DNA of 64,000 nt from a virus: the IMG/VR virus record IMGVR_UViG_3300044726_000156. The stretch is one strand, 5' to 3'. Below the pieces are notes generated by a model. It was given only the letters and a program-made list of their open reading frames with translations. It was not told the origin of the DNA and searched no databases. Positions 52,269-61,623 of this stretch are shown here, in pieces. Numbering within the stretch: position 1 is the stretch's first letter; the number at the start of each line of letters is the position of its first letter. Position numbers and translations under genes: made by a program.

Positions 52269-53491
52269 TACCGCGACACTCCGAGCTGGCCGACCTGCGC
52301 GGCGCGCATGATGTCCTGCGGCCACTGCTCCGGCGGGATGCCGGCCTGAACCAGCGCCTGGCCGACCTGCTGTGGATTGGCGCCCTGCTTGAGCGCCTGC
52401 GACGCCTGCGCCAGGTATTGCTGCTTCTGACCGTCCTGCACCTCGCTGGTCGCCGCCACCGGCGACGGTGCCTGGCCGCCGACCGGCTCAGCAGGCGCGG
52501 CCGGTGCCTGCGACACCTCGTCGAGCGGCGCCTGAACGCCGAGCTGCTCGTCGGTTTCGTCGGCCGCCGGCGGCGCCGCCGAATCGGTGGCGGGGGTTTC
52601 GATCGGAACCTGCTCGCCGGTTTCCGGGTCGACGGTGACCTGTGGCGCGGCTGGGGCGGTCGACGTCTTTCCGAACCGCTCGTCGACGATCTTGCGGGCC
52701 AGCGCCTCCTTCTCCTCGCCGGTCAGATCGGACAGCTCGGGGTCGGTCAGCGAGTTGGTCTCGATGTTCTTGCGCTCTTCCTGGATGGCGTTCTGGTACT
52801 GCGCCTGCGTCAGCGCGCCGGAACCGACGCCCAGCTCGGCCTCGGCCTGCTTCTTGCGGACGTGCGTCCTGACTTCCAGATCGGCCTTCGACTCGGCCGC
52901 CTTGGCCGCCTGCTCCATCTCGAAGGCCGCCTTCGGGTTGACCAGATTGGCGAAGAACTGCGGCAGGTCGCCGGTGGCGACATTCTTGGTGTGCTCCTTG
53001 CCGTCCTTGGTGGTGAACGACAGGCGATAACCCGTCACCTGGCCCGCCGCCTCGTCGAAATACTCAGCCACCGAGACCTTGCCATCGATGCCGTAGCCCT
53101 GCGTGTTGGCGGCCTTCTGCATGTCGAGCACGGCGCCCTCGATGTCGCCGTTCTGGAACTTGGCCAGCCCGCTCATAAACTTCTTCGAGCCAGCCTTGGC
53201 GGCCGAGGACTCGGCCCAGTCGGCCCACGCCTGCGCCTTGGCCGGATCGCCGTCGAGCAGGTATTCGTTGGCCACCTTGGGCACGACATGCTGGGCATAA
53301 AAGCTCATGTAATCGTCCGGCTCGGCCTCGCCGGACTGGACGGCGGCGTCGAACTCGGCCTTGCCCTCGGCACCGGCCTGCTCGACCGCACCCTCGAGCT
53401 TGCGCTGCTTGCGGATGCCGCGAATCCGATCGCCCAGGTCTATGCCTTGGCTGAACCCCTGCGCGAATGCTCCCAGCGCGATGCCCAGCAT
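52268..53491 (-). CDS. Internal virion / ejection protein (407 aa)
   Basis: N-terminal LGAFAQGFSQG; lies between two ejection genes; AGGAGG RBS. Confidence 0.75.
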   Translation of the reverse strand: MLGIALGAFAQGFSQGIDLGDRIRGIRKQRKLEGAVEQAGAEGKAEFDAAVQSGEAEPDDYMSFYAQHVVPKVANEYLLDGDPAKAQAWADWAESSAAKAGSKKFMSGLAKFQNGDIEGAVLDMQKAANTQGYGIDGKVSVAEYFDEAAGQVTGYRLSFTTKDGKEHTKNVATGDLPQFFANLVNPKAAFEMEQAAKAAESKADLEVRTHVRKKQAEAELGVGSGALTQAQYQNAIQEERKNIETNSLTDPELSDLTGEEKEALARKIVDERFGKTSTAPAAPQVTVDPETGEQVPIETPATDSAAPPAADETDEQLGVQAPLDEVSQAPAAPAEPVGGQAPSPVAATSEVQDGQKQQYLAQASQALKQGANPQQVGQALVQAGIPPEQWPQDIMRAAQVGQLGVSR

Positions 53492-53492
53492 G

Positions 53493-54752
53493 TCATGCCC
53501 TCCTGATGCCGAACGCTTGCGCCTTCACACCGGGCCTGGCGGTGGTCAGCTTGACGGCGCTCGAGCGCGCCTTGGCCGGCGACTGCGAGCTGCGCCGCGG
53601 TGCCGGTGTCGGCTTCTTGGCCTTGACCTTGGCCGGTCCCTTCTTGCCACCCAGCGCCTTGTCCATCTTGCTCACCTTGTGGTCCAGATCCTGCACCGCC
53701 TTCATGGTGATGCCGATGGCGTCCTGCAGGTCGATCGTCCCGGTGTCTTTCTGGCCGGTCGCCTTGGCGTATCTGTCGGCCATCGTGCCGATATGCTGCT
53801 TGGCGCCGCCGTCGGCGCCCGGGCGGTTGTCCTTGTAGCGGTAGGTCGAGACCGGCATTTTCTTGACCGCCTTGAGGCCGTCGCCGGTCTTGACCTTCTT
53901 GATGTTTTTCTTGGCCTTGCGATCGGACAATCCGATCGCCGCGCCGCCGATCGTGCCGATGGCGCTCCACAGGCCCTGCGCGTTGGCTGATTTCAGCTCC
54001 TGTTCCTTGCCCCATGCATCCAGTTGGAGACCGTACTGGTTGAGCAGCGTCGACGCCTGGCCGGCGTAGCCCTGCATGGCGCCGCCGAACCCCTGCCCCA
54101 TGATGGCCGAGTTGGAATTGGAGATCTGCTGGTTGGCCTGGTTCATGCCGACCGCGCTGCTGCCCGCGCCCAGCGCCTGGCTGACGCCCTGGGCGGCCTG
54201 CGCCGGCAGGCCGGCATACATGTTGGCGACATCCGCCTTCAGAGCCAGACCCTTGTCGCGCATGGCGGTCCTGGCCGCGTTGCCGGCACCCGCCGTGGCG
54301 GTGGCGGTGGCCAGCTCGCCGGCCCGCTCGATGCCTTTGTAGCGACCGGATCCCGGCTTGACGCCGAGTGCGGCGCTCTCGCGCTGCGCCTGCGCGCGAG
54401 CGGCGGCTGCTTCCGTCTGGACGCCGGTGCGCGCCTCGGCGGCGGCCTGCGCCTGCCGCTCCGGCGACGAATAGGACAGCGCATCCTTGGCGAAGGCATC
54501 CTGCGCTCCCCAGCCCTTGCTCTCGTAGCGGGCGCGGTCCTTCTTGGCGTTGGCCAGCGACATGTCGCCGATGCCGAGCTGCTGCTCGGTGACGCGCTTG
54601 GTCAGCGCGTCGAGACCCTTCTGCCGATCGGTGGATACCTTGAAGGCGTCCCTCGCGAAGGACAGCCACTGCTCGCCGGTCGTCGCCTGCTTGAGAGCCG
54701 CTGCGCCGATCTGGGGATCTGGGGATGGTGCGTCGCCGCCGCCTTTAGCCAT
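53493..54752 (-). CDS. Internal virion (pilot-like) protein with a C-terminal peptidase S74 chaperone domain
   Basis: MAKGGGDAPSPDP, A/Q/G-rich helices, then LSDRKAKKNI...YRYK...HIGTMA...ID..DAIG....AVQ.L. Confidence 0.85.
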   Translation of the reverse strand: MAKGGGDAPSPDPQIGAAALKQATTGEQWLSFARDAFKVSTDRQKGLDALTKRVTEQQLGIGDMSLANAKKDRARYESKGWGAQDAFAKDALSYSSPERQAQAAAEARTGVQTEAAAARAQAQRESAALGVKPGSGRYKGIERAGELATATATAGAGNAARTAMRDKGLALKADVANMYAGLPAQAAQGVSQALGAGSSAVGMNQANQQISNSNSAIMGQGFGGAMQGYAGQASTLLNQYGLQLDAWGKEQELKSANAQGLWSAIGTIGGAAIGLSDRKAKKNIKKVKTGDGLKAVKKMPVSTYRYKDNRPGADGGAKQHIGTMADRYAKATGQKDTGTIDLQDAIGITMKAVQDLDHKVSKMDKALGGKKGPAKVKAKKPTPAPRRSSQSPAKARSSAVKLTTARPGVKAQAFGIRRA

Positions 54753-54774
54753 CGCAGGACTCCGTGGGAAGCCG

Positions 54775-54787
54775 GCACGTCCTGCGC
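54775..54787 (-). promoter_or_regulatory. Late-leader motif GCGCAGGACGTGC, copy 2
   Basis: CGCAGGAC pairs with GUCCUGCG immediately before the AUG; TATAAC lies 14 nt upstream. Confidence 0.75.
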
Positions 54788-54802
54788 TGGTTAGTTTGGC
54801 CG

Positions 54803-55249
54803 TTATACAGCGATCGGTCGCACCGGCATAGACACCCACCGGCAGTCGCGCGCCAGCATGCCATAGAGCAGCAGATCCTCGCGATCGAGACCGGCCTCGC
54901 GCATGACGCCCTCGAGCTTCCAGCCGCCAAACCTGTTGGTGAAGCGGATCGACGCCTTGTTGTTCCTCGAGATCAGACAGGTGATGCGCGGGAACATCAG
55001 CTGCACGAAGGGGTACGCCATGACGCGAATGATGAACTCGCGCGTCATCCAGTGCTTGCTGGAATCCGAGACGACGGTCATCAGGCAGTCGTTGACGCCA
55101 AAGGTGTCGAACACGACGACGCCGCGGATCTTGCCGTCCTTCTCCATGGCGATCGCCTTGGCGTCATTGCGGAAGCGATGACCGTGCCCGAGGATCTCGG
55201 TGGCCCAGGCGACCAGACGCTCGTCCTGGTCGTAGATGTACTCGATCAC
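54803..55249 (-). CDS. GNAT-fold virion protein (T7 gp13-like position)
   Basis: G.I.GVVVF, W.TREF....AYPF.QL...RIT.LI...N.ASIR....G.K.EG..R.....D..LYGML..DCRW. Confidence 0.82.
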   Translation of the reverse strand: MIEYIYDQDERLVAWATEILGHGHRFRNDAKAIAMEKDGKIRGVVVFDTFGVNDCLMTVVSDSSKHWMTREFIIRVMAYPFVQLMFPRITCLISRNNKASIRFTNRFGGWKLEGVMREAGLDREDLLLYGMLARDCRWVSMPVRPIAV

Positions 55250-55650
55250 CGGCTGTTTTCGCCGCGCATGCGCCTGGACAGCGCCGTCGACGCCACCGCC
55301 AGCATCCGGTGGATGCGGTTGACGGCGGTGAGCAGGGTCATGTGGCGGTCGATCAGCGTGTTGTAGTTGTTGACCACCGTATTGAACTCAGCCTCGGTCG
55401 GCGGCTCGCCGCCGGTAATCGGCGTCAACTTCGCCGCCTGGCCCAGCTTCTCGGTCGGGATATACTGCGGCATCTGCACGATGCCGATCAGGTCGGCAAT
55501 GCGAACGGCGGCCTGCGTGCGATCGGCGACACGCCGTCCGGCGAGCATGTTGAGCGTCTGCTGGTCGAGCCGCTCCTGCTCGGTGAAGGCGTTGCGGGTT
55601 TGCTTCGTCCGATCGAGCGCCGGTCGGTTGTCGGGCTGCGTGCCGGGCAT
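55246..55650 (-). CDS. Hypothetical tail-region protein (134 aa)
   Basis: Coupled to both neighbours; PT.AEFN motif. Confidence 0.7.
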   Translation of the reverse strand: MPGTQPDNRPALDRTKQTRNAFTEQERLDQQTLNMLAGRRVADRTQAAVRIADLIGIVQMPQYIPTEKLGQAAKLTPITGGEPPTEAEFNTVVNNYNTLIDRHMTLLTAVNRIHRMLAVASTALSRRMRGENSR

Positions 55651-57536
55651 CAGGGCTGTCTCTTCAGGTCATCCATCGTCTTGGCCATCGTCATGCGGAA
55701 GATGCGACCGTTCGTATGCACGTCGATTTCCCATGTGCGCGCCTTGAAGCCGGATGGCAAGCGCACCGGCTTGTTGACCTCGGTGATGAAGATCGGCAGC
55801 TGCTTCTTGTCGGCATAGATGCCGACCGAGACGGTGGTCTTGCCGGCGGTGGCCGTCGAATCGCCGTTCGCGCCGACCACCACGGCGCCGCGCGGCAGCC
55901 TGACCAGCCAGTCGCCGTCGACCGGGACGCAGTTCTCGCCGCCCATCCTCTCGTTGTTGGCGACGAGGGTCTCGTCGAAAGTGCCGTTGAGATCGCCGCC
56001 GATGCTCATCAGCTGGCCGTTCGGATAGCGCGTCGTCATCGCGATGTTGTTGGCGTCGATGGCCGCGGCGATCTGGTTGGCGACGATGTCCGGGCTGGTG
56101 GTTTCCGGGTTGACGATGCCGTCGATCAGGACGACGCCGTAGCTCTCCGGGTAGGGCAGCACGAACTCCTTGGACTTCCAGTAGAGGTACTTCGACAGCG
56201 CGCCCGGTGCATCGAGCTGGCGGATCTCAGCCTTGCCGATCGGCACGTAGAACAGCGCCGATTCGGTGACGTCGAACAGCGCCGCCTGGGCGGTGGTTCC
56301 GGCGCGCAGCAGGAAGCTCTGGCCCGACAAGTCGATCAGCAGCGCGCCACGGTCGAGCGTTCCGTCGGCGCGGGGGGCGTCATAGAAGGCGCAGTAGCGG
56401 CCGTTGTACTGTGCGCCGATCATGGTCTCGGGGATCATCGCCGCCCAGTCGTGGCGCGAGAAGATGTTGGACGTGGCGACGCCGACGGATCCATCCGCGC
56501 GGGCGACAACGATGCCCTCGTTGGAGGCGTAGGCGACGGCGTAGCCGAGATCGACCATCGTGCGCTTGCCGATGCACGGCAGGTTCTGCTCCAGCTTCTG
56601 CGACGCCATGCTGTCCGGCTGCGTGCCGGCCACGACGTAGGGCTGGCCCTTGGTGGCGACCAGCAAGGTCATGCCCATCGCGCCGAGCGCAACGATCTCG
56701 TAATCGACGGTGATGATGTATTTCTCGGGCCAGGCGTGCGGCTTGTAAGGCTCGGAGAAGTACAGCTTCTTGCCGTCGAACGCCGCCATCATGCCGTTGG
56801 GCAGCGCGGTCAGGCCGAGCAGCGTTTCGGGCGGTGCGTTGTAGGCGATCGACGGACACGGCTCGGCGGTGGCGTCGACGGCGATGTTGTCGACATAGTC
56901 GGCAGCGGTGACGCCGCGCTCGTGGATCAGGTAGAAATAGGTGCCCGCCGATCCGGTCTGCAGCCGGTAGATGCGCTGCTTGGTGATGCCGCGCGCCGGG
57001 CCAGGCGGCAGCGCGAAACCGCTCAGCGTGACGGTCAGGCCGGTGGGCTGCCAGTCGATCAGGTTGGACACCGGCGACGGCTCGCTCTCCTCCTGAATGC
57101 CGTTCACCGCCGGGATCTCGGTGACATAGGTGTAGATGTACTGGCGGCTCTGGATATCGCCGCTGCCGGTGCCGGTTTTGGTAGCGGTCAGCTTGGTCAG
57201 CGGCCGCGGCACTTCGAGGTCGTAGATCGAGGTGCCGATGCGCATCTTGGGCTTGCCGTCGCCGGTATAGTAGATGCGCTCCTCGTCGACCGGCGCGGGT
57301 ACGGCGTCGACGTCGCTGCTCCAGCCGATCCATGTGTCGAGGTATTTGTAGATGGTCTTCCACGTCGTCGTGGCGGCGGGCGAGCGGTAGACCGATTCCC
57401 TGAAGGGTGTGAGACCGCCGTCGTCGAGGCGGACGTCGAAGGCGCTCTGCGCCGACGTCTCCGGCATCAGCCGCGGGATGATGTGCGGCTGCTCGCCTTG
57501 AAATCCGGTGAGGACGATGACCGGCGCGGAGGGCAT
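55650..57536 (-). CDS. Tail tubular / nozzle protein (beta-propeller)
   Basis: F.GE.P.I.PRL.P..AQ.A, YIYTYVT...EES.PSP, RIYR, L.GL..LPNG.MAAF.G..L.FSEPY.PHAWP..Y and IGKRTMV..G..V.YAS..G. Confidence 0.8.
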   Translation of the reverse strand: MPSAPVIVLTGFQGEQPHIIPRLMPETSAQSAFDVRLDDGGLTPFRESVYRSPAATTTWKTIYKYLDTWIGWSSDVDAVPAPVDEERIYYTGDGKPKMRIGTSIYDLEVPRPLTKLTATKTGTGSGDIQSRQYIYTYVTEIPAVNGIQEESEPSPVSNLIDWQPTGLTVTLSGFALPPGPARGITKQRIYRLQTGSAGTYFYLIHERGVTAADYVDNIAVDATAEPCPSIAYNAPPETLLGLTALPNGMMAAFDGKKLYFSEPYKPHAWPEKYIITVDYEIVALGAMGMTLLVATKGQPYVVAGTQPDSMASQKLEQNLPCIGKRTMVDLGYAVAYASNEGIVVARADGSVGVATSNIFSRHDWAAMIPETMIGAQYNGRYCAFYDAPRADGTLDRGALLIDLSGQSFLLRAGTTAQAALFDVTESALFYVPIGKAEIRQLDAPGALSKYLYWKSKEFVLPYPESYGVVLIDGIVNPETTSPDIVANQIAAAIDANNIAMTTRYPNGQLMSIGGDLNGTFDETLVANNERMGGENCVPVDGDWLVRLPRGAVVVGANGDSTATAGKTTVSVGIYADKKQLPIFITEVNKPVRLPSGFKARTWEIDVHTNGRIFRMTMAKTMDDLKRQP

Positions 57537-58762
57537 CAGATGTACCTGATCATCTTGTTGACGATGAGCGTCGGCTGGACGTTGTTGTGCGGCACGTCGG
57601 AGCCGACGCTGGCGGTGCTGCCCTCCAGCGTGTGAACGTGGTCACCCTGCGAGGCGGGGGTGGTGAGCGTCCCCAGTGCGTTGCCGCTGCCCCACGCATA
57701 GACGCCGACGGCGTTGCTGATGCTCGAATAGTTGTGGGTGTGGTCGCCGCTGCCCGCCTTGGTCTTGGCGGTGGCAGAGACCAGACTGTGAACGTGCGCG
57801 GAAATTTGTGAGTCCAGCAGCGTGTGCGTCTCGAAGCCGCCAGTGCCACCGAGCACATCGCCGTTGATGCCGCCGACGGTGCTGCCGGTCGGATTGGTCA
57901 GGCGGTTGGCCGAGGTGCCGCCCATGTTGTCCTTGCCGGCGGCGACACGGCCGCGGAAGTCGGGCAGGCGAAACTGGGTGGCCGTCAGCCCGACCTCGGT
58001 GAAGTTGCGGCCGATCACCGAGTAGAGCGCGTAATAGGTGCTGCCGGCGGCGCCGAACGTCAGCGCGCGGCCGTCGCACAGCAGCCATCCGGTCGGCACC
58101 TTGGCGTCGGGTCCGGCGAATTCGAAAATGGTGCCGATCGGAATGTCTTCAGGTGCGACGTTCCACACCCGCGACCAGGCACCCCAGACGCTGTTGACCT
58201 TCTGACGCCGCCACCGCTCGTCGCTGTTGTAGCGTTGCCATTCCTGCAGCTGGATCGCCGACGAGGCGACGTCGCAGCGCACCCATGCGTAGGTGTCGAC
58301 CGGCGCGTGCAGCACGCCTGTCGGTGACCAGTAGGTGCCGGATTCGGTGACCAGATCGAGGTCACCATCGGCACCAAGGCTCATCTCGGTGGCGCGCAGG
58401 CGCGGCGGCAAACGGGCGTCGGGGACGATGCCCTTGGTCAGCGCCGCGGCGTCCGACGTCGCTTCGAGCAGCGCGCCGGCGGTGAGACGAACCTCGACAC
58501 GCGAGTTGAGCGGGAAGCCGCGCTTGGCTGTCAGCTCCTGGCCGCGCACCACCGTCAGCGTGACGCCGGTGCGTGAGGTGCAGCGCATGATCTCGCGGTT
58601 GCCGACATTGTCGGTGACGGTGACCGGGAACCAGTGATCGGTGGCGACTGCGGCGACGGGGAACCGCGCCTCGTCGCCCGACGTGATTTTGATCGTCGTG
58701 ATCGTCGCGTCGATCGGCTGGGCGAGCAGCGAAATCGCATTGTTGGTCAGCTGCATGGTCAT
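57536..58762 (-). CDS. Tail fibre protein 2 (anchor, knob-like domain, tail collar)
   Basis: N-terminal anchor shared with 59521..61326; DLDLVTESGTYW knob-like segment; PIGTI.EFAG...P.GWLLCDG...F.LPD.RGR; HNNVQPTL.VNKMIR. Confidence 0.85.
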   Translation of the reverse strand: MTMQLTNNAISLLAQPIDATITTIKITSGDEARFPVAAVATDHWFPVTVTDNVGNREIMRCTSRTGVTLTVVRGQELTAKRGFPLNSRVEVRLTAGALLEATSDAAALTKGIVPDARLPPRLRATEMSLGADGDLDLVTESGTYWSPTGVLHAPVDTYAWVRCDVASSAIQLQEWQRYNSDERWRRQKVNSVWGAWSRVWNVAPEDIPIGTIFEFAGPDAKVPTGWLLCDGRALTFGAAGSTYYALYSVIGRNFTEVGLTATQFRLPDFRGRVAAGKDNMGGTSANRLTNPTGSTVGGINGDVLGGTGGFETHTLLDSQISAHVHSLVSATAKTKAGSGDHTHNYSSISNAVGVYAWGSGNALGTLTTPASQGDHVHTLEGSTASVGSDVPHNNVQPTLIVNKMIRYI

Positions 58763-58784
58763 GGCGGCACCCGTTCGTAGGGCC

Positions 58785-58797
58785 GCACGTCCTGCGC
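58785..58797 (-). promoter_or_regulatory. Late-leader motif GCGCAGGACGTGC, copy 3
   Basis: Shares 16 bp (CCAGCGCAGGACGTGC) with copy 2; TATAGT lies 12 nt upstream; hairpin GCGGC.../...GCCGC runs up to the AUG region. Confidence 0.75.
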
Positions 58798-58836
58798 TGG
58801 CTGTGTCCGACTATAGCAGCCCGTGCCGCCGCGTTG

Positions 58837-59205
58837 CTATCCCGGCTTCTTGACGGGCGGTGGGGTCGGGTCGGGGGTGGTGAAGTCCCACATGCCTGGC
58901 GCGAAATAGGCGTTGGCACGGGCGTTCCACAACGTCAGCAGGGAGCGTTCGATGTCGACGTCCAGCGGCCTCTCCGCGCCACCATCCTCCAACGCCTTGC
59001 CGACGACTGCGTCGGTGGCGACGTGCTGAGCGAGCAGGATGGCGTTGTCGTTACCCGTCAATATGCGGTTGGCGTAGCCGACACGGTTCTTGCTGTTGGG
59101 ACCGCTCGGTTCGGACACGATCTTTTGCGCGATCTTGAGAGCGGCGAAGCTGACCCGCATGTAGAACGACGGGTCGCTGGCTGCAGTAACGATAGATAGG
59201 CTCAT
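58837..59205 (-). CDS. Hypothetical tail-associated protein (122 aa)
   Basis: TGATG coupling with a GGAGG RBS; F..RV..A....A..I..E motif. Confidence 0.7.
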   Translation of the reverse strand: MSLSIVTAASDPSFYMRVSFAALKIAQKIVSEPSGPNSKNRVGYANRILTGNDNAILLAQHVATDAVVGKALEDGGAERPLDVDIERSLLTLWNARANAYFAPGMWDFTTPDPTPPPVKKPG

Positions 59206-59510
59206 CAAACACCTCCCGCCTTGAGCGCGTCCTTGATCGACACGCTCTTGTACAGCTGATTGTCCGGCGCCTCGCTGAGATTCTTCTCGACGATCGGCGA
59301 CGACGACTTCATCTCGATCACCCATTTGTCCTCGCGCCACACCGCGGTCTGGCGTTTCGCGTCCGGCAGGAAGGGCGGCACGTCGAGCGTCGAGTGGGCG
59401 GGGATCAGGTATCGCCCCGGCTCCATCGGATCGGGATCGGCCATCGACGTGGTGTTGGTATAGGCGAAGGTCTCCGGGTCGTAATTGTAAGCCACAAGCG
59501 GCATTGCCAT
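59205..59510 (-). CDS. Tail fibre assembly chaperone
   Basis: YNYDPET..Y.....AD.DP.E.G..LIPAHST...PP...VW....W, directly after the fibre gene. Confidence 0.85.
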   Translation of the reverse strand: MAMPLVAYNYDPETFAYTNTTSMADPDPMEPGRYLIPAHSTLDVPPFLPDAKRQTAVWREDKWVIEMKSSSPIVEKNLSEAPDNQLYKSVSIKDALKAGGV

Positions 59511-59520
59511 AGCGGTCTCC

Positions 59521-61326
59521 TCAGAACTTGATGCAGGCCAGCAGCGCGATATTGCGCGGGCGTGTCTCGGTCAGGCCGCCCGCCTGCACGGCATTTGTAC
59601 CAGCAACCGTGTGCGTATGGCCAACCGACTGCCCGGCGGTGGCGCCGCTCATCGCGTGGGTGTGCCCGGCCGATCGGCCGCCGGTCGCCGAGCTGTTGTC
59701 GGCGAAGGTGTGCGTGTGACCGACCGAGTTGCCTCCGGTGGTGCCGGAAGCGGCGACGGTGTGCGTATGCGCCGCGCCGCTGGCGCCGGTCGTCTGCTGC
59801 GTGAAAGGGTTTTGGGCGCCGCCCGCGCAGCCGGCGCCCGACCCCTGATAGGTGCCATACGAGTGCGTGTGGTTGGCGCTGCCGGTGCCGGTCGTCGAGG
59901 CATTGTCGGCGAAGGTGTGCGTATGGTTGGCGCTGACGCCGGCGGTGGTGCCGGCGACGGCGACCGTGTGCGAGTGGTCGACGCTTTCGGCGCCCATCGT
60001 CAGGCCGGTGGCGGCGTGGGTGTGGTCGACCGAGTTGGCGCCGATCGTGCCGGCCGTCCAGGTGTGCGTGTGGCTGAGAACGCCGTCGAGCTGCAGCGTG
60101 CCGAACGCACGGCCGCTGTCGGTGGTGTGGCCGTCGCTCCAGGAGCGGATGAAATCGCCGCGCAGGTCCGGCAGCGCAAAGGTGGTCGAGCCGTCGCCGG
60201 CGCCCCATACCGCGCCGATGTTGGCGAACAGCGCGGCGTAAGCTGTGCGACTGACTAGAGCGCCGTTGGCTTTCAACCAGCCCTGCGGCGCCGCCGACAT
60301 TGCGAAATAGCCGATCTGGCCCGGCGGGATCTCGCCCTGCCACGGCGACCATGTGCCGTTCGTGCAGACCCGGTGCATGAGGCCGAGTTGGTATTGGGTG
60401 GAGTAAGGGTAGGCGTACTGGGTGACATAGGCGGCGCCCGCGTACACCAGCGTCTGGATGTACCAATAGGTGCCCGACAACGGGATGTTGGGGTTGGTCG
60501 GGCCGACCATCTTGCGATACCAGCCGGCCGCCGTGATGGTGTTCAGGTCGGTCGCGGAATCCGCCCCGGTGTTGGGAGGGCCGGGGTAGTCGGGGGCCGG
60601 GAGCGCCGGCGTCGACGTCGGGATGGGCACGTTGTTGATGTCGACGGTGACACGCCCCGCCGTCAGATCGGCGCCGGCCGTCTTGATCGCTACCGGGATG
60701 CTGTGCCAGCTGCTGTTGTCGGTAGGCACGCCAGTGGTCTTGAACTGCTTCCATTTGGTGGTCGGGCTGGCCTTGTCCTGCAACAGGATCAGCGAGCCGA
60801 CTTCGAGCTGGTTCAGCGCGTTGGAGAGATCGGCGTTACCCGCGTTGACGTCCATGATGTAGAGCGCGGTGGTACTGTTCTGCCCCGTATTGTTGAACAT
60901 CACCTCCTTGGCGGCGATGTTGGAAGTGGCGGGGTTGAACGTCCACTCGCCGCCGACACCGCCGCTGCCGGCCTCTACCCAGGCACCGTTGTTGCGGCCG
61001 AACGTGGTCCCCGTGCTCGGCGCGTCGGGCAGGATCAGCGCAGCGGTCAGCCGGCACTCGGCCGGCGAGCTGATCGGAAAAGCCTTCGCCGTGGTGCCTT
61101 CCTGCGCCCGCGTCACCGTCAGCACGGCGCCGGTGCGAGCCGTGCAATACATGATCTCGAACAGTGTGCTGGTGTTCGGATCAACGACCGTCAATGGGAA
61201 GAAATCACCGGCCGCCAGCACCGGAAACTCGGCCGCGTCGATCGACTGGACGGTGATCGTCGTCTGCGCATTGGTGATCGCAGCGGCGAGCGTCGACGAG
61301 GCGTTGTTGGAGAATTTAACGGTCAT
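59521..61326 (-). CDS. Tail fibre protein 1 (anchor, beta module, knob, collar, HxH-repeat tip)
   Basis: NNASSTLAA anchor; DLNTITAAGWY; P.G.I.YFA...P.GWL.ANG...F.LPDLRG.FIR; nine HxH motifs; ETRPRNIALL.CIK. Confidence 0.9.
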   Translation of the reverse strand: MTVKFSNNASSTLAAAITNAQTTITVQSIDAAEFPVLAAGDFFPLTVVDPNTSTLFEIMYCTARTGAVLTVTRAQEGTTAKAFPISSPAECRLTAALILPDAPSTGTTFGRNNGAWVEAGSGGVGGEWTFNPATSNIAAKEVMFNNTGQNSTTALYIMDVNAGNADLSNALNQLEVGSLILLQDKASPTTKWKQFKTTGVPTDNSSWHSIPVAIKTAGADLTAGRVTVDINNVPIPTSTPALPAPDYPGPPNTGADSATDLNTITAAGWYRKMVGPTNPNIPLSGTYWYIQTLVYAGAAYVTQYAYPYSTQYQLGLMHRVCTNGTWSPWQGEIPPGQIGYFAMSAAPQGWLKANGALVSRTAYAALFANIGAVWGAGDGSTTFALPDLRGDFIRSWSDGHTTDSGRAFGTLQLDGVLSHTHTWTAGTIGANSVDHTHAATGLTMGAESVDHSHTVAVAGTTAGVSANHTHTFADNASTTGTGSANHTHSYGTYQGSGAGCAGGAQNPFTQQTTGASGAAHTHTVAASGTTGGNSVGHTHTFADNSSATGGRSAGHTHAMSGATAGQSVGHTHTVAGTNAVQAGGLTETRPRNIALLACIKF

Positions 61327-61329
61327 CGG

Positions 61330-61623
61330 CTAGTCGTCCTTGATCTGCAGGACGAAACGGGCCTCCTTGATGCGCCCGGCCATCGTCGTGGCGAACACGG
61401 CGACCTCGCTGACCTCTCCGTTGACGCCGCCGGCTATCCAGATGCGGACGACCTGGGCGCTGACCTCGATGACGTCGATGATGAAGGTCACCGGCGTCGT
61501 CAACGACGCCGTGGCGCTGGAAATGACGTCCTCGTCGGTCAGCCACTTGCCGTAGTCGATGTCGTAATCGAGCCGATCGGCGGCCGTCTTCTCAAGGTGG
61601 GCCAGGGCGGCTGCGGTTGTCAC
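61330..61623 (-). CDS. Putative fibre-to-tail adaptor (97 aa)
   Basis: K...DRLDYDIDY..WL...D.I.SA...VRIWI.GG...V...T..GR..E..F.L.I. Confidence 0.7.
   Translation of the reverse strand: MTTAAALAHLEKTAADRLDYDIDYGKWLTDEDVISSATASLTTPVTFIIDVIEVSAQVVRIWIAGGVNGEVSEVAVFATTMAGRIKEARFVLQIKDD

Noticed and set aside
59521-60260. Diversity-generating retroelement or invertible tail-fibre cassette
   Set aside because: No reverse transcriptase, TR/VR pair, invertase or flanking inverted repeats were found.
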